Positions 35,166 through 48,492 of a DNA stretch of 64,000 bases are shown here, piece after piece. Numbering within the stretch: the first letter of the stretch is position 1; each line of letters opens with the position of its first letter. The DNA is taken from contig JAXLNO010000362.1 of assembly GCA_038087875.1 (NCBI GenBank), positions 124,001 through 188,000 on the forward strand, written 5' to 3'. Below the pieces are notes generated by a model that did not search any database, was not told where the DNA came from, and worked only from the letters and a program-made list of their open reading frames with translations. This DNA is from Malacoraja senta. Its lineage: Eukaryota. The translations under genes were made by a program, and so were the position numbers.

Positions 35166-38100
35166 GAGCGAGGAGGTCATAGAGAGGAGTTACAGAGAGG
35201 TGGTCACTCCAAGTCCACGGGAGGCAGGCAAGTGGGTCACGGTTAGGAGGGGCAAGGGGCAGAGGCAGGGACTAGTGAGTACCCCGGTGGCTGTACACCT
35301 TGGCAATAAGTACTCCAGTTTGAGTACTGTTGGGGGGGACAGCCTACCTGGGGGTAGCGACAGCGGCCGGGCCTCCGGTACAGAGACCGGCCCTGTTGCT
35401 CAGAAGGGTAAAGAAAAGAAGAGGAGGGCAGTAGTAATAGGGGACTCTATAGTTAGGGGGTCAGATAGGCGATTCTGTGGACGCAGTCAGGAGACCCGGA
35501 TGGTAGTTTGCCTCCCGGGTGCCAGGGTCTGGGATGTGTCTGAATGTGTCCAAGATATCCTGAAATGGGAGGGAGAGGAGCGCGAGGTCGTGGTACATAT
35601 AGGTACCAATGACATAGGTAGAAAAAGAGAAGAGGTCCTGAAAGGAGAATTTAGCGAGTTAGGAGGAGAGTTAAGGAGAAGGTAACAATCTCAGAATTAC
35701 TGCCTGTGCCACGCGACAATGAGAGTAGGAATGGAGCGAGGTGGAGGATAAATGCGTGACTGAAGGACTGGTGCAGAGGGCAGGGATTCAAGTTTCTGGA
35801 TCATTGGGACCTCTTTTGGGAAAGGTGTGACCTGTACAAAAAGGACGGGTTGCACTTGAACCCGAGGGGGACCAATATCCTGGCAGGGAGATTTGCAAAG
35901 GCTACTGGGGAGACTTTAAACTAGAATGGTTGGGGGGAGGGACTCAAATAGAGAAAGCTAGTAGACAGTGTGTGAGGCAGGAGGCAGAGAAGGGAAGCAC
36001 TCAGACCCAACATGTAGGGGGGAAAGAAGAAAATATTAATAAACAGAGAATTAGTGGTGGGTTTCTTAAATGTGTGAGCAGAGAGACAGAGGGGTGTAAA
36101 ATGAGGGTAGAAGCAATAGGTAGCAAGGTGAAAAGTAAAAGTGGCAGGCAGACAAATCCAGGGCAAAAATCAAAAAGGGCCACTTTTCAACATAATTGTA
36201 TGAGGGGTAAGAGTGTTGTAAAAACAAGCCTGAAGGCTTTGTGTCTCAATGCAAGGAGCATTCGTAATAAGGTGGATGAGTTGAATGTGCAGATAGCTAT
36301 TAATGACTATGATATAGTTGGGATCACGGAGACATGGCTCCAGGGTGAACAAGGCTGGGAGCTGAACATCCAGGGATATTCAATATTCAGGAGGGATAGA
36401 CAGAAAGGAAAAGGAGGTGGGGTAGCGTTGCTGGTTAGAGAGGAGATTAACCCAATAGAAAGGAAGGACATTAGCTTGGAGGATGTGGAATCGATATGGG
36501 TAGAGCTGCGAAACACTAAGGGGCAGAAAACGCTAGTGGGAGTTGTGTACAGGCCACCTAACAGTAGTAGTGGAGTTGGTGATGGCATCAAACAGGAATT
36601 TAGAAATGCGTGCCACAAAGGTAAAACAGTTATAATGGGTGACTTCAATCTACATATAGATAAGGTGAATCAAATTGGCAGGGGTGCTGAGGAAGAGGAT
36701 TTCTTGGAATGTATGCGGGGTAGTTTTCTAAACCAACATGAAGAGGAACCAACGAGAGAGCAGGCTATTCTATACTGGGTATTGAGTAATGAGGAAGGGT
36801 TAGTTAGCAGTCTTGTTGTGCGTGGCCCCTTGGGCAAGAGTGACCATAATATGGTTGAGTTCTTCATTAGGATGGAGAGTGACATAATTAATTCAGAAAC
36901 AAGGGTTCTGAACTTAAAGAAAGGTAACTTTGAGGGTATGAGACGTGAATTGGCCAAGATAGACTGGCAATTGATTCTTAAAGGGTTGACGGTGGATGTG
37001 CAATGGAAGGCATTTAAAGACTGCATGGATGAACTACAACAATTGTTCATCCCAGTTTGGCAAAATAATACATCAGGGAAGGTAGTGCATCCATGGATAA
37101 CAAGGGAAATCAGGGATAGTATCAAAACAAAAGATGAAGCATACAAATTAGCCAGAAAAAGCAGCCTACCAGAGGACTGGGAGAAATTCAGTCCAGCAGA
37201 GGAGGACAAAGGGCTTAATTAGGAAAGGGAAAATAGATTATGAAGGAAAACTGGCAGGGAACATAAAAACTGACTGCAAAAGTTTTTATAGATATGTGAA
37301 GAGAAAAAGATTACTTAAAACAAATGTAGGTCCCTTGCAGTCAGAAACAGGTGAATTGATCATGGTGAACAAGGACATGGCAGACCAATTGAATAACTAC
37401 TTTGGTTCTGTCTTCACTAAGGAAGACATAAATAATCTGCCGGAAATAGCAGGGGACCGGGGGTCAAATGAGATGGAGGAACTGAGTGAAATCCAGGTTA
37501 GCCGGGAAGTGGTGTTAGGTAAATTGAATGGATTAAAGGCCGATAAATCCCCAGGGCCAGATCGGCTGCATCCCAGAGTACTTAAGGAAGTAGCCCCAGA
37601 AATAGTAGAAGCATTAGTGATCATTTTTCAAAAGTCTTTAGATTCTGGAGTAGTTCCTGGGGATTGGAGGGTAGCTAATGCAACCCCACTTTTTAAAAAG
37701 GAAGGGAGAGAGAAAACGGGGAATTAAAGACCAGTTAGTCTAACATCGGTAGTGGGGAAAACGTTAGTCATTTATTAAAGATGGTATAGCAGCACATTTG
37801 GAAAGTGATGAAATCATTTGACAAAGTCAGCATGGTTTTACGAAAGGTAAATCATGTCTGACGAATCTTTCAGAATTTTTCGAGGATGTAACTAGTAGAG
37901 TGGATAAGGGAGAACCAGTCGATGTGTTATATCTGGACTTTCAGAAGACTTTTGACACGGTCCCACGTAAGAGATTAGTATACAAACTTAAAGCACACGG
38001 TATTGGGGGTTCAGTATTGATGTGGATAGAGAACTGGCTTGCAAACAGGAAGCAAAGAGTAGGAGTAAACGGGTCCTTTTTAGAATGGCAGGCAGTGACT

Positions 38101-39120
38101 AGTGGGGTACCGCAGGGTCAGTGCTGGGACCCCAGCTATTTACAATATATATTAATGATTTGGACGAGGGAATTGAATGCAACATCTCCAAGTTTGCGGA
38201 TGACACGAAGCTGGGGGGCAGTGTTAGCTGTGAGGAGGATGCTAGGAGGCTGCAAGGTGACTTGGATAGGCTGGGTGAGTGGGCAAATGCATGGCAGATG
38301 CAGTATAATGTGGATAAATGTGAGGTTATCCACTTCGGTGGCAAAAACAGGAAAGTAGACTATTATCTGAATGGTGGCCGATTAGGAAAAGGGGAGATGC
38401 AACGAGACCTGGGTGTCATGGTACACCAGTCATTGAAAGTAGGCATGCAGGTGCAGCAGGCAGTGAAGAAAGCGAATGGTATTTTAGCATTCATAGCAAA
38501 AGGATCTGGGTATAGGAGCAGGGAGGTTCTACTGCAGTTGTACAGGGTCTTGGTGAGACCACACCTGGAGTATTGCGTACAGTTTTGGTCTCCTAATCTG
38601 AGGAAAGATATTCTTGCCATAGAGGGAGTACAGAGAAGGTTCACCAGACTGATTCCTGGGATGTCAGGACTTTCATATGAAGAAAGACTGGATAGACTCG
38701 GCTTGTACTCGCTAGAATTTAGAAGATTGAGGGGGGATCTTGTAGAAACTTACAAAATTCTTAAGGTGTTGGACAGGCTAGATTCAGGAAGATTGTTCCT
38801 GATGTTGGGGAAGTCCAGAACAAGGGGTCACAGTTTAAGGATAAGGGGGTAATCTTTTAGGACCGAGATGAGAAAAACATTTTTCACACAGAGAGTGGTG
38901 AATCTCTGGAATTCTCTGCCACAGAAGGTAGTTGAGGCCAGTTCATTGGCTATATTTAAGAGGGAGTTAGATGTGGCCCTTGTGGCTAAAGGGATCAGGG
39001 GGTATGGAGAGAAGGCAGGAACAGGATACTGAGTTGGATGATCAGCCATGATCATATTGAATGGCGGTGCAGGCTCGAAGGACCGAATGGCCTACTCCTG
39101 CACCTATTTTCTATGTTTCT
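35166..39120 (+). mobile_element. Near full-length CR1/HER1 LINE: SGNH-esterase ORF1 and APE-RT ORF2, disabled
   Basis: ORF1 VIGDSIVRG, CLPGARV, HIGTND, DGLHLN; ORF2 LNARSI, ITETWL, MGDFN, SDHN, KFADDTK. Several stops and frameshifts; complete 3' tail. Confidence 0.95.
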
Positions 39121-39153
39121 ATCACTTAATAATCTTTTATGTTTCAATAAGAT

Positions 39154-42100
39154 TAGTAAGATTAAACGAGAACTTACCAGTTTGAAGTTTGATCTATATT
39201 TTATGAGGAGTTACGTTGGTGATTACGTGAAGAACCCCGTCAGGGCGCATGCGCGTCAATCTTCAAAGCAGCCGTATGAAATCACAGACAACACCATAAT
39301 TGAAGTAACATATTAAGATGATCAACATGAAAACTACCATTATGACCTATTTTCTATGAGAGAGGGTTGGGCGTGGCGGGCACGTAATCACCAACGTAAC
39401 TCCTCATAAAATAAAGATCAAACTTCAAACTGGTAAGTTCTCGTTTAATCTTACTATTTTACTTCGGAGTCACGTGAGTGACTACGTGAAGATTTTAAAG
39501 CTCTGTGATTTTTATGCCGCAGATCAAAATCCCGGCTTCTCACTGCATCGATTGACTCTGAGTGTCATCAATAATGCTGTAAACATGACATTGCATATCA
39601 TGCAAAAACAAAACAGTTTTATTTTTGGTCATAAAACAACCAATAAACCCTCTTAATGTAGGGCAACAAACGAAACAGAATGAAACAGTATTGAAAACAG
39701 ACTTTAAACAATAGCAACAGCACTCAATATTGAGTTGGCAAACAGCCCTCCATCGGCAATCGGCCGATGGTAGTATTGCTGAAACACAAGTTCATTTTTC
39801 CAACCTGCGGCTTTTAATATATGGTCGATGGGAACGTCCATCGCCCTGGCCGCGGATGTTGCTACTGCGCTAGTGGAATGAGATTCTAAACACATAAATG
39901 TTAATTCCTGCCTGAACCAACTCTTGCTTTAACCACCTTGAGATAGTCTGAACTGCCACTCTATTATGTTGGCTTCTTGTAACTGACAAATAATCCTGTT
40001 TCTTCTTGTCTTAAAGCCCTTGTGGCTTCAATGTAATGTAACAAATGTGTCCTTACACATAAACATGGAGCTGTAGGATATGCTGAGAACACAATCTTAA
40101 AACCTGTCACACCTGGCCTCCTTTGTTTGAGCAGGTCAGAAATATAAAACAGAACATTCTCTGTATTCACTTCCATTCTCTCGAACTGAAGTTTTTGCAG
40201 TCTGCACTCTCTGTACTGACACCAATGCCATTAGCATAGCCAATTTCATGGTTAATTTTAACAAAGTTATAGACGTGACAGGGACCCAATGACGAAGTAT
40301 GATACGAACAACGCTTACCTCGCAGATTACCATATACCTAGGCTTAGGTGGTTTGGAATTAAAGATTCCTTTCATCAACCTAGATATGAGAGGGTGAGAA
40401 CCTATACTTTGTGTCCGTGTACCTATTACAAGATATGCCGACCAAGCACTTCTAGCTGTATTGATAGCAGTATAGCTAAGACCCTCATCATAATAAAGTG
40501 TAGATAAACTCTAACACATTTTCAATAACTACAGTATCATATTAAATATTCTTTTGAACACCATATTGTTCCCATTTGTTACATAAGTCATATACTGCTT
40601 TTGAGTACTCTTTCTCCAGGCTGCAGTGAGTATATCCATCGTTGGCCTAGAAAGTCAACGACAAATGTAAGGCATTCTTAAAAACCTGCAAATTAACAGA
40701 TCAATACGATCACATAACGGATGAACTTAACGCGTTACTGGATGGTCCAGCAAATTCCTACTGTTTGGAATCAGCAAAAGGAGGTTGGATTGCTATCTGT
40801 AACATCAGAGGGAACCATGGTTGAATCGGCCAATTTGGTATCACCAAAACCCCTGAAGCGGCATCCTGCTTGATTTTCTCCAACACCGAGCTATGAGGCA
40901 GAATGGTGGGAAAATGTACACAAACATATCATCCCAATTTAGTGAAAAAGCATCAATTGCCACTGCCCCTGGATCTGGTGCCCATGAAACATATTTTGGC
41001 CTTCCATATAGAAGTACTATGTTCTTGAACACATCCTGGTTCAACATCCACTCTGTATTATCACGGAATTTCCATGAGCTGCCATCTGGTACTACATTAA
41101 GTTTCCCTGGCAGATAGCTCCAATCCAAATATCCATACTCCAGGTCCAATTTTATTTGCCAACCTGTCATATGATAACAATTTGATTCCACCCATGTGAT
41201 TCATATAAGCAACTGCTGTAGTGTTGTCTATTTTGCACTGCACATGCAACCTAGTTTTGTTTGTGCCATAAGCCTTGAATCCATAAAATACTCTTGGTTA
41301 ATTCCCCATGTTTGCAGAAGCAATGTCCATCTGTCTCCACAGCTGGATCTTGTATCAGTAGCACCCTACCCAAGTGCTCTGACATCGGTCTGCAAAATCA
41401 TGGAAGCTTGGTCCAATAACACTTTGGAACTACTAGTGGACACATGCTGAATCCCCCATTGTACATCAGCAACAGCCGCTTTGATAGAAGCATAGGTCTG
41501 TTATAATGACCCTAATGTATCCTCAGTGCTTGTTCCTTTGACCTTTGTAATTGTAGATAATAAAGTGGCCATATTGAACTGCTGGAAATGCTGCCAGCAA
41601 TTACCACAGCAGACTTGTCACCTGGCTAATTGAAGGCTGTGTGTCAGCAATTAACTTGATACAGCTCTTAATTAGCTCTACCCTTTTTTGCCTGGGCAAG
41701 GTCACAATCATGTTGATTAAGTCTATTGTGAACCCAACTAGTGAATTTGTGTCACAGGTATGAATTTAGATTTGTCTGGATATCTTATGTTAAAAAGTGG
41801 TTTTTACCAACTGCCACTGATGCTTCAGCTATTTCCTTTGATTGTCCTACAATCAAGATATTATCTAGTTAAGCCATGAGCGCATGCCCTTGACTTCTCA
41901 TCATGGCTAGAATAGGTTTTAACAACTTTGTAATCACTCTAGGAGCTGAAGACAAACCATTAGGCAGTGCATTGTATTGGCATAATTGCCCCATGCAGCT
42001 GAATTTTAAATCTTCTATCCTGCAAAGGAACAGACACTGAATCCGCATCTTTAAGATCTCCTTCACAAACGTTTCCATCTTAAAATGTCTATACCGTACA

Positions 42101-43983
42101 AAAGGGTTAAGCCTATTCTGGTCCAGTATAATTCTGCATCCCCCCATCCTCTTTTGGTCTGGGAAAGTTATTGGACACAAACTGATGGCTTTGGTAAACT
42201 GCCTTAGCAATTACACCTTTATTACATAAGCTTGCAAGTTCCACCTGAACTTCGAATTGTTCAGTGATACTGAAGTCAAACTCCTTTTTGGAACATGTTG
42301 CATGGGTAAATCAGAATTTGCATTAAGCTTTGTTCGATATCCTTCTATAACCTTCAGTATAAACATATCTGAGGTATCACATTAGATCTGTCTACTTGCG
42401 AACCAGACCCACTTACCTCCTTACCACCTGGCATTCTTCCCCGGCCTCGAGCTGGATATCTCACCTTCCCTGGTGGTGCTACAGCCAAACGCCAACTGCG
42501 CTGCATCGTAGCTGGACTCGTCCCTTGCCCGGACCAGTCTCCTTGCTTATAGGGATACTTCTCCTCCAGCTCCTTCATGTGCTGTGCGAAATCCTCACCA
42601 AACAGCTGTGCCGGTTGCACTGTGCCAGGCTGGCAGAGTGAAGCATTTTAGAATTGATGGTTGGTGTAATCGCAGTCTTGCGAAGGCAGTTGATCTCAAC
42701 GTGGGCACTCCACAATAGCGCCTTTTGTTGTAATTTGTTTTGGCCTCTCCATCCTCCATCCTGGCAAAGCTCATTATACCAGATGCCAGCAACTTTAAAA
42801 ATATGCTGGAGCTTGACATGCTCCTGGGCTCTCATTAGTATGCCCATCTTGCCCCAATTCTTCCTGTTCCCAACAGTAACTTTTAACAGTCTACAGTTGA
42901 TTGGGGCTTCATGCTTCCTTACTGTCTCATCCATTGTCAGCTCCTGTAGCTGATGTGAGACTTGGTAATTTATGCTGGTGGCAATTTCCTCACCCACAGG
43001 CTCACCAGCGTCCGACGACATGGCAAACCGTGCTGCACACGGTGTCAGCTCTGGCAGCTGCCTGCCCTCCCTTTGGAAGTCATCGTCGGACTCAGGGTCA
43101 GAGCGTATCTGCCCTTCTGCACTCACCTCTTGCAAAGAGGGTGCTTACAAGCAGGCCTCTACTAGGCACTGCCAGCGGAGCCTTCCCTAAGGCTTCCCGC
43201 CTGCACAACTCCTCCTGGAGTGTGGCTTTGTGAAGCAGGCCTCTCCTAGGCACTGCCAGCGGAGCCTTCCCTAAGGCTTCCCGCCTGCACAACTCCTCCT
43301 GGAGTGTGGCTTAATGAAGCAGACCTCTCCTAGGCACTGCCAGCGGAACCTTACCTATGGCTTCCCGCCTGCGCAACTCCCCTGGAGTGTGGCTTAATGA
43401 AGCAGACCTCTCCTAGGCACTGCCAGTGGAGCCTTCTCTATGGCTTCCCGCCTGCACAACTCCCCTGGAGCGTCTCTGTGGAGCAGCCCCTGTATGAGCT
43501 GCTCCTTTTGGATAACCGTTGGGGAACAGTATCCTGTCCCCGACGGGACTCTCGTGGCCCGACTCTGTGGAGTCTATAGCCCTGACAGACTTGGGTTATG
43601 CCGACCGCCCGACTGGCATTGGCTGTGTATCCGGCTGGGCACTTTGCCAAGTCTGTCGCCGCAACGCTACCGGCTTGCGACTCCCCCGAGGTGACAGGCT
43701 GCCTTTCAGAGACTACATCCCGCAGCTCTCTCTCGCTCCTTGTCGGCAGCAGCCTGCACCTTTTCCTTGTTCCTGTATGTGGGGAAAAAACACACAGAAA
43801 CACTTTCTTACTTTTTTTCTAACTCCTCCAAAGTCTCCCTGACTTTGGTGGAGCTGTAATTACTCACCTGCAGCAGGAGCTCCGTGCTCCCGCTGCCGTT
43901 GTCGCCAATGCGTCAGACGTAATGACGCGCATGCGCCCTGACGGGGTTCTTCACGTAGTCACTCACGTGACTCCGAAGTAAAA
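39154..43983 (-). mobile_element. DIRS1-like tyrosine-recombinase retrotransposon A (decayed, full termini)
   Basis: Termini TTTTACTTCGGAGTCACGTG... and ...GTTTAATCTTACTA; internal complementary region ~39381-39491. Relics of gag, RT (HFKMETF, ALPNGLSSAPR), RNase H (TDVRALG), MT (DAFSLNW..FPPF) and YR (HSTSA..AAGW..FQQYY). Confidence 0.93.
43151..43470. repeat. 84-bp tandem repeat (~3.8 copies) within the DIRS-A gag region
   Basis: Unit GCAG(G/A)CCTCT...TGTGGCTT starts at 43151, 43235, 43319 and 43402. Confidence 0.9.
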
Positions 43984-44995
43984 CCCTCTCATCCTTCTAC
44001 ATTCCAGTGTATACAAGCCCAGTCGCTCCATTCTTTCAAAATTTGACAGTCCTGCCATCCTGGGAATTATCCTTGTGAACCTACGCTGCACTCCCACAAC
44101 AGTAAGAATGTCCTTCCTCAAATTTGGAGACCAAGTACTCACACAATACTCCAGGTGTGGTCTGACTAGGGCCCTGTACAATTTGCTCCTATATTCAACT
44201 CATCTTGTTATGAAGGCCAACATGCCATTAGCTTTCTTCGCTGCTTGCTGTACCTGCATGCTTACTTTCAGTGACTCAACAAGGACTCCCAGATCTCGTT
44301 GTACTTCCCCTTTTCCTACCTTAATACCATTCCGATAACAATCTGCCTTCCTGTTCTTCCCACCATAGTGGATAACCTCACATTTATCCACATTAAACTG
44401 CATCTGCCATGCATCTGCCCACACACCCAACCTGTCCACGTCACCCTGCATCCTTATAGCATCTTCCTCACAATTCACACTGCCACCCTGCTTTGTGTCA
44501 TCTGCAAATTTACTAATGTTACTTTTAATCCCTTCATCTAAATCCATAATGTATATTGTAAATAGCTGCGTTCCTAGCATCGAGCATTACGGTACCCCAC
44601 TAGTCACTGCCTGCCATTCTGAAAGGTACCCGTTAATCCCTACTCTTTGTTTCCTGTCTGCCAATCAATTTTCTATCCATGTCAGTACTCTTCCCCCAAT
44701 ACCATATGCTCTAATTTTGCCCACTAATCTCCTATGTGGAACGTTATCAAAGGCTTTCTGAAAGTCCAGGTACACTACATCCACTGGCTCTCCCTTGTCC
44801 ATTTTCCTAGTTACATCTTCAAAAAATTCCAGATGATTAGTCAAGCATGATTTTCCCTTCGTTGATCCATGCTGAATCTGACCGATCCTGTTTCATCTTT
44901 TAAAATTGACTCCAGCATCTTCCCCACCACCGATGTCAGGCTAACTGGTCTATAATTCCGTTTTCTTAAAAAGTGGAATAACATTAGTTACCCTC
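43984..44995 (-). mobile_element. Old CR1 (RT part); its 3' continuation is at 39121-39153 and 34790-35165
   Basis: Removing DIRS-A and the + strand CR1 restores continuous CR1 sequence. Confidence 0.85.
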
Positions 44996-45758
44996 CAGAC
45001 AAGAGACATGCTGGTTGTACTTTGGCAGTACGGCCCGGAAGTCTCCGGCTACAACGACCAGGACTTCGGGGTGATTTATCTCATCTGCTGATGGCACAGT
45101 GCAGTATATTTATGGGTTTCTCCGCATGAGTGCATAGGATTTCTCCGGGTGCTTGTTTCCTCCCGCACTCCAAAGACGTACAGGTTTGTGATTAATTGGC
45201 TTGGTATAAATGTACAATTGTCCATAGTGTGTGTGGCAGTGTTAATGTGCGGGGATCGCAGGTCACCGTGGACTCGGTGGGCTGAAGGGCCTGTCACCAT
45301 GCTGTATCTCTAAGCTAAACTAAGTAACAAATAAGTACAAATTGCTCTCACATTTATACATGAACACCAAAAAAAACATATTTAATGCTATAAATTTAGT
45401 TTAATTAATTACAAGGATAGTATGGTGCAACACAACTTCGGAATTAAACAGATTTACGGGTTGGGTGATGGGTGGGGAGAGATAAGAAGTGGGTGTATCA
45501 TCACTCTTTGTTTTTCTTTCTGATTTAGTCTTTTTATTTTTTTACGTTTCTCTCTTTTTTTTTACTTCCTCACTCTTCGACTACACTTATTTGGTAGTCT
45601 AGGGATTCTATTCTTACACATTCACTTCCTCTTTCATTTTCTCTCTTTCTTGCTTTTTTCTCTCTTTTTCTATTTCATCTTAGCTAAAAATTAAAATTGA
45701 AGCTGTAGAATAAATGTATTATGTGATATGTATTATGTGATGCCGCGGTTTATACTTT

Positions 45759-48492
45759 TGTACACTGCTTCTAATAAAAATTTAAAATAAATAAGTAAAT
45801 AAATAAATTGGTTTAGTTTGAAGATACAGCGCGGAAACAGGCCCTTCATCCCACCGAGTCTGCGCCGCCCATCAGTCCCAGCACTATCCTACACTCAGTA
45901 GGGACAATTTGCATTTATACCAAGCCAATTGACCTACAAAACTGGAATGTGGGAGGAAACCGAATAACTCGGGGAAAATACACGCAGGTCACGGGGAGAT
46001 GGTACAAACAAGCACCCGTACAGAGAAGCACCCGTAGTTAGGATCGAAGCTGGGTCTCTGGTGCTGTAATGTGGTAGCTCTACCGCTGCTCCACCTTGTC
46101 TCCTGCCCGAATGCACAGCATGTTTTACCCAGTCAATAGTCACTAGCCAGATTTATTCATCACATACACAATAAAGTGCAGTGAAATGAACTTGCCAGCA
46201 GCGGTACAATAAAATAGAACACACAATACACAATAAACATTTAACACAAACATCCACCACAGCATTCATCACTGTGGTGGAAGGCACAAAGTTCAGTCAT
46301 TCCTCCTCCATTTTCCTCCGCAGTCGCCGCTGCGGGTGGCCAGATGTACAGGTAAAGTAAGTCCCGAATCGGAGCTTCCCTACCGCGGCTTCAATTTGAT
46401 GTAAGCCGCAGGCTGGTGGCCGAAGATCTGAGTCCCCGCCGTGCCGCGGTTAGAAGCACCGCAGAACGCAGCTTCAAGATGTTGTAGGCCGCAAGCCGGT
46501 GGTCGGAGCTCTTCTCCTCCGGGATCCCCAACGAGGGATCCCAGGCTCCGGACACCGCACCAGCTGGAAGTTCCACAGACTGCCGCACTTCAGGCTCCCG
46601 CGGGCCAGTGATCAGAGCACTCCCTTCTGGCGATCCCTGGACCCGCGATGAAAAGGTCCATTCTGCAGCCGCTGCTGAAGCTCCGGGCCCGACTCCGGGA
46701 AAGGCCGCACCAATCCTTGGTGTTAGGCCGCGAGGGAGGCGACATGGAAACATTTACCTCTCCGTGGAGGAGGCGACCGAAAACTGTTCCCCCCTTACAC
46801 CCCCTCACCACCCCCTACACAAGACACACCGAGAGACAATAAAACACACATTTGGACATACTAAAATAACAAAAAAAAGTAGAAATGACTAGCACGCTGG
46901 TGGCAGGGCAGCCGTCTCGCAGCGCCCCCACCAACGTTTTATTTGTCAGGGTTGAGGATTCAAGAACCAGAGGACTTGGGTTTAAGGTGAGCGGGTAAAG
47001 ATTAAATAGAAACTTGAGGAGCAACTGTTTCACTCACTGGGAGGAGGGTATGTGTAACGAGCTGCCATTTTACTTCGGAGTCACGTGAGTGACTACGTGA
47101 AGAACCCGTCCAGCACGCATGCTTCTAATGTACACTGCTTCTAATAAAAATTTAAAATAAATAAGTAAATAAATAAATTAGTTTAGTTTGAAGATACAGC
47201 GCGGAAACAGGCCCTTCATCCCACCGAGTCTGCGCCGCCCATCAGTCCCAGCACTATCCTACACTCAGTAGGGACAATTTGCATTTATACCAAGCCAATT
47301 GACCTACAAAACTGGAATGTGGGAGGAAACCGAATAACTCGGGGAAAATACACGCAGGTCACGGGGAGATGGTACAAACAAGCACCCGTACAGAGAAGCA
47401 CCCGTAGTTAGGATCGAAGCTGGGTCTCTGGTGCTGTAATGTGGTAGCTCTACCGCTGCTCCACCTTGTCTCCTGCCCGAATGCACAGCATGTTTTACCC
47501 AGTCAATAGTCACTAGCCAGATTTATTCATCACATACACAATAAAGTGCAGTGAAATGAACTTGCCAGCAGCGGTACAATAAAATAGAACACACAATACA
47601 CAATAAACATTTAACACAAACATCCACCACAGCATTCATCACTGTGGTGGAAGGCACAAAGTTCAGTCATTCCTCCTCCATTTTCCTCCGCAGTCGCCGC
47701 TGCGGGTGGCCAGATGTACAGGTAAAGTAAGTCCCGAATCGGAGCTTCCCTACCGCGGCTTCAATTTGATGTAAGCCGCAGGCTGGCGGCCGAAGATCTG
47801 AGTCCCCGCCGTGCCGCGGTTAGAAGCACCGCAGAACGCAGCTTCAAGATGTTGTAGGCCGCAAGCCGGTGGTCGGAGCTCTTCTCCTCCGGGATCCCCA
47901 ACGAGGGATCCCAGGCTCCGGACACCGCACCAGCTGGAAGTTCCACAGACTGCCGCGCTTCAGGCTCCCGCGGGCCAGTGATCAGAGCACTCCCTTCTGG
48001 CGATCCCTGGACCCGCGATGAAAAGGTCCATTCTGCAGCCGCTGCTGAAGCTCCGGGCCCGACTCCGGGAAAGGCCGCACCAATCCTTGGTGTTAGGCCG
48101 CGAGGGAGGCGACATGGAAACATTTACCTCTCCGTGGAGGAGGCGACCGAAAACTGTTCCCCCCTTACACCCCCTCACCACCCCCTACACAAGACACACC
48201 GAGAGACAATAAAACACACATTTGGACATACTAAAATAACAAAAAAAAGTAGAAATGACTAGCACGCTGGTGGCAGGGCAGCCGTCTCGCAGCGCCCCCA
48301 CCAACGTTTTATTTGTCAGGGTTGGGGATTCAAGAACCAGAGGACTTGGGTTTAAGGTGAGCGGGTAAAGATTAAATAGAAACTTGAGGAGCAACTGTTT
48401 CACTCACTGGGAGGAGGGTATGTGGAACGAGCTGCCATTTTACTTCGGAGTCACGTGAGTGACTACGTGAAGAACCCGTCCAGCACGCATGC
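45759..48492 (+). repeat. 1370-bp-period tandem duplication (45759-47122 and 47129-48492)
   Basis: Identical ORF sets offset by 1370; about five substitutions noticed; 6-nt junction insert. Confidence 0.97.
46131..46930 (-). mobile_element. Non-autonomous retroposon related to 6686-7581 (duplicate 47501-48300)
   Basis: Shares the GGGGGCGCTGC 5' end, the GC-rich core and the block CACAGCATTCATCACTGTGGTGGAAGGCACAAA, but has a different 3' tail. Confidence 0.8.

Noticed and set aside
43151..43470. CRISPR-like array
   Set aside because: Head-to-tail repeats without unique spacers, inside a eukaryotic retrotransposon.
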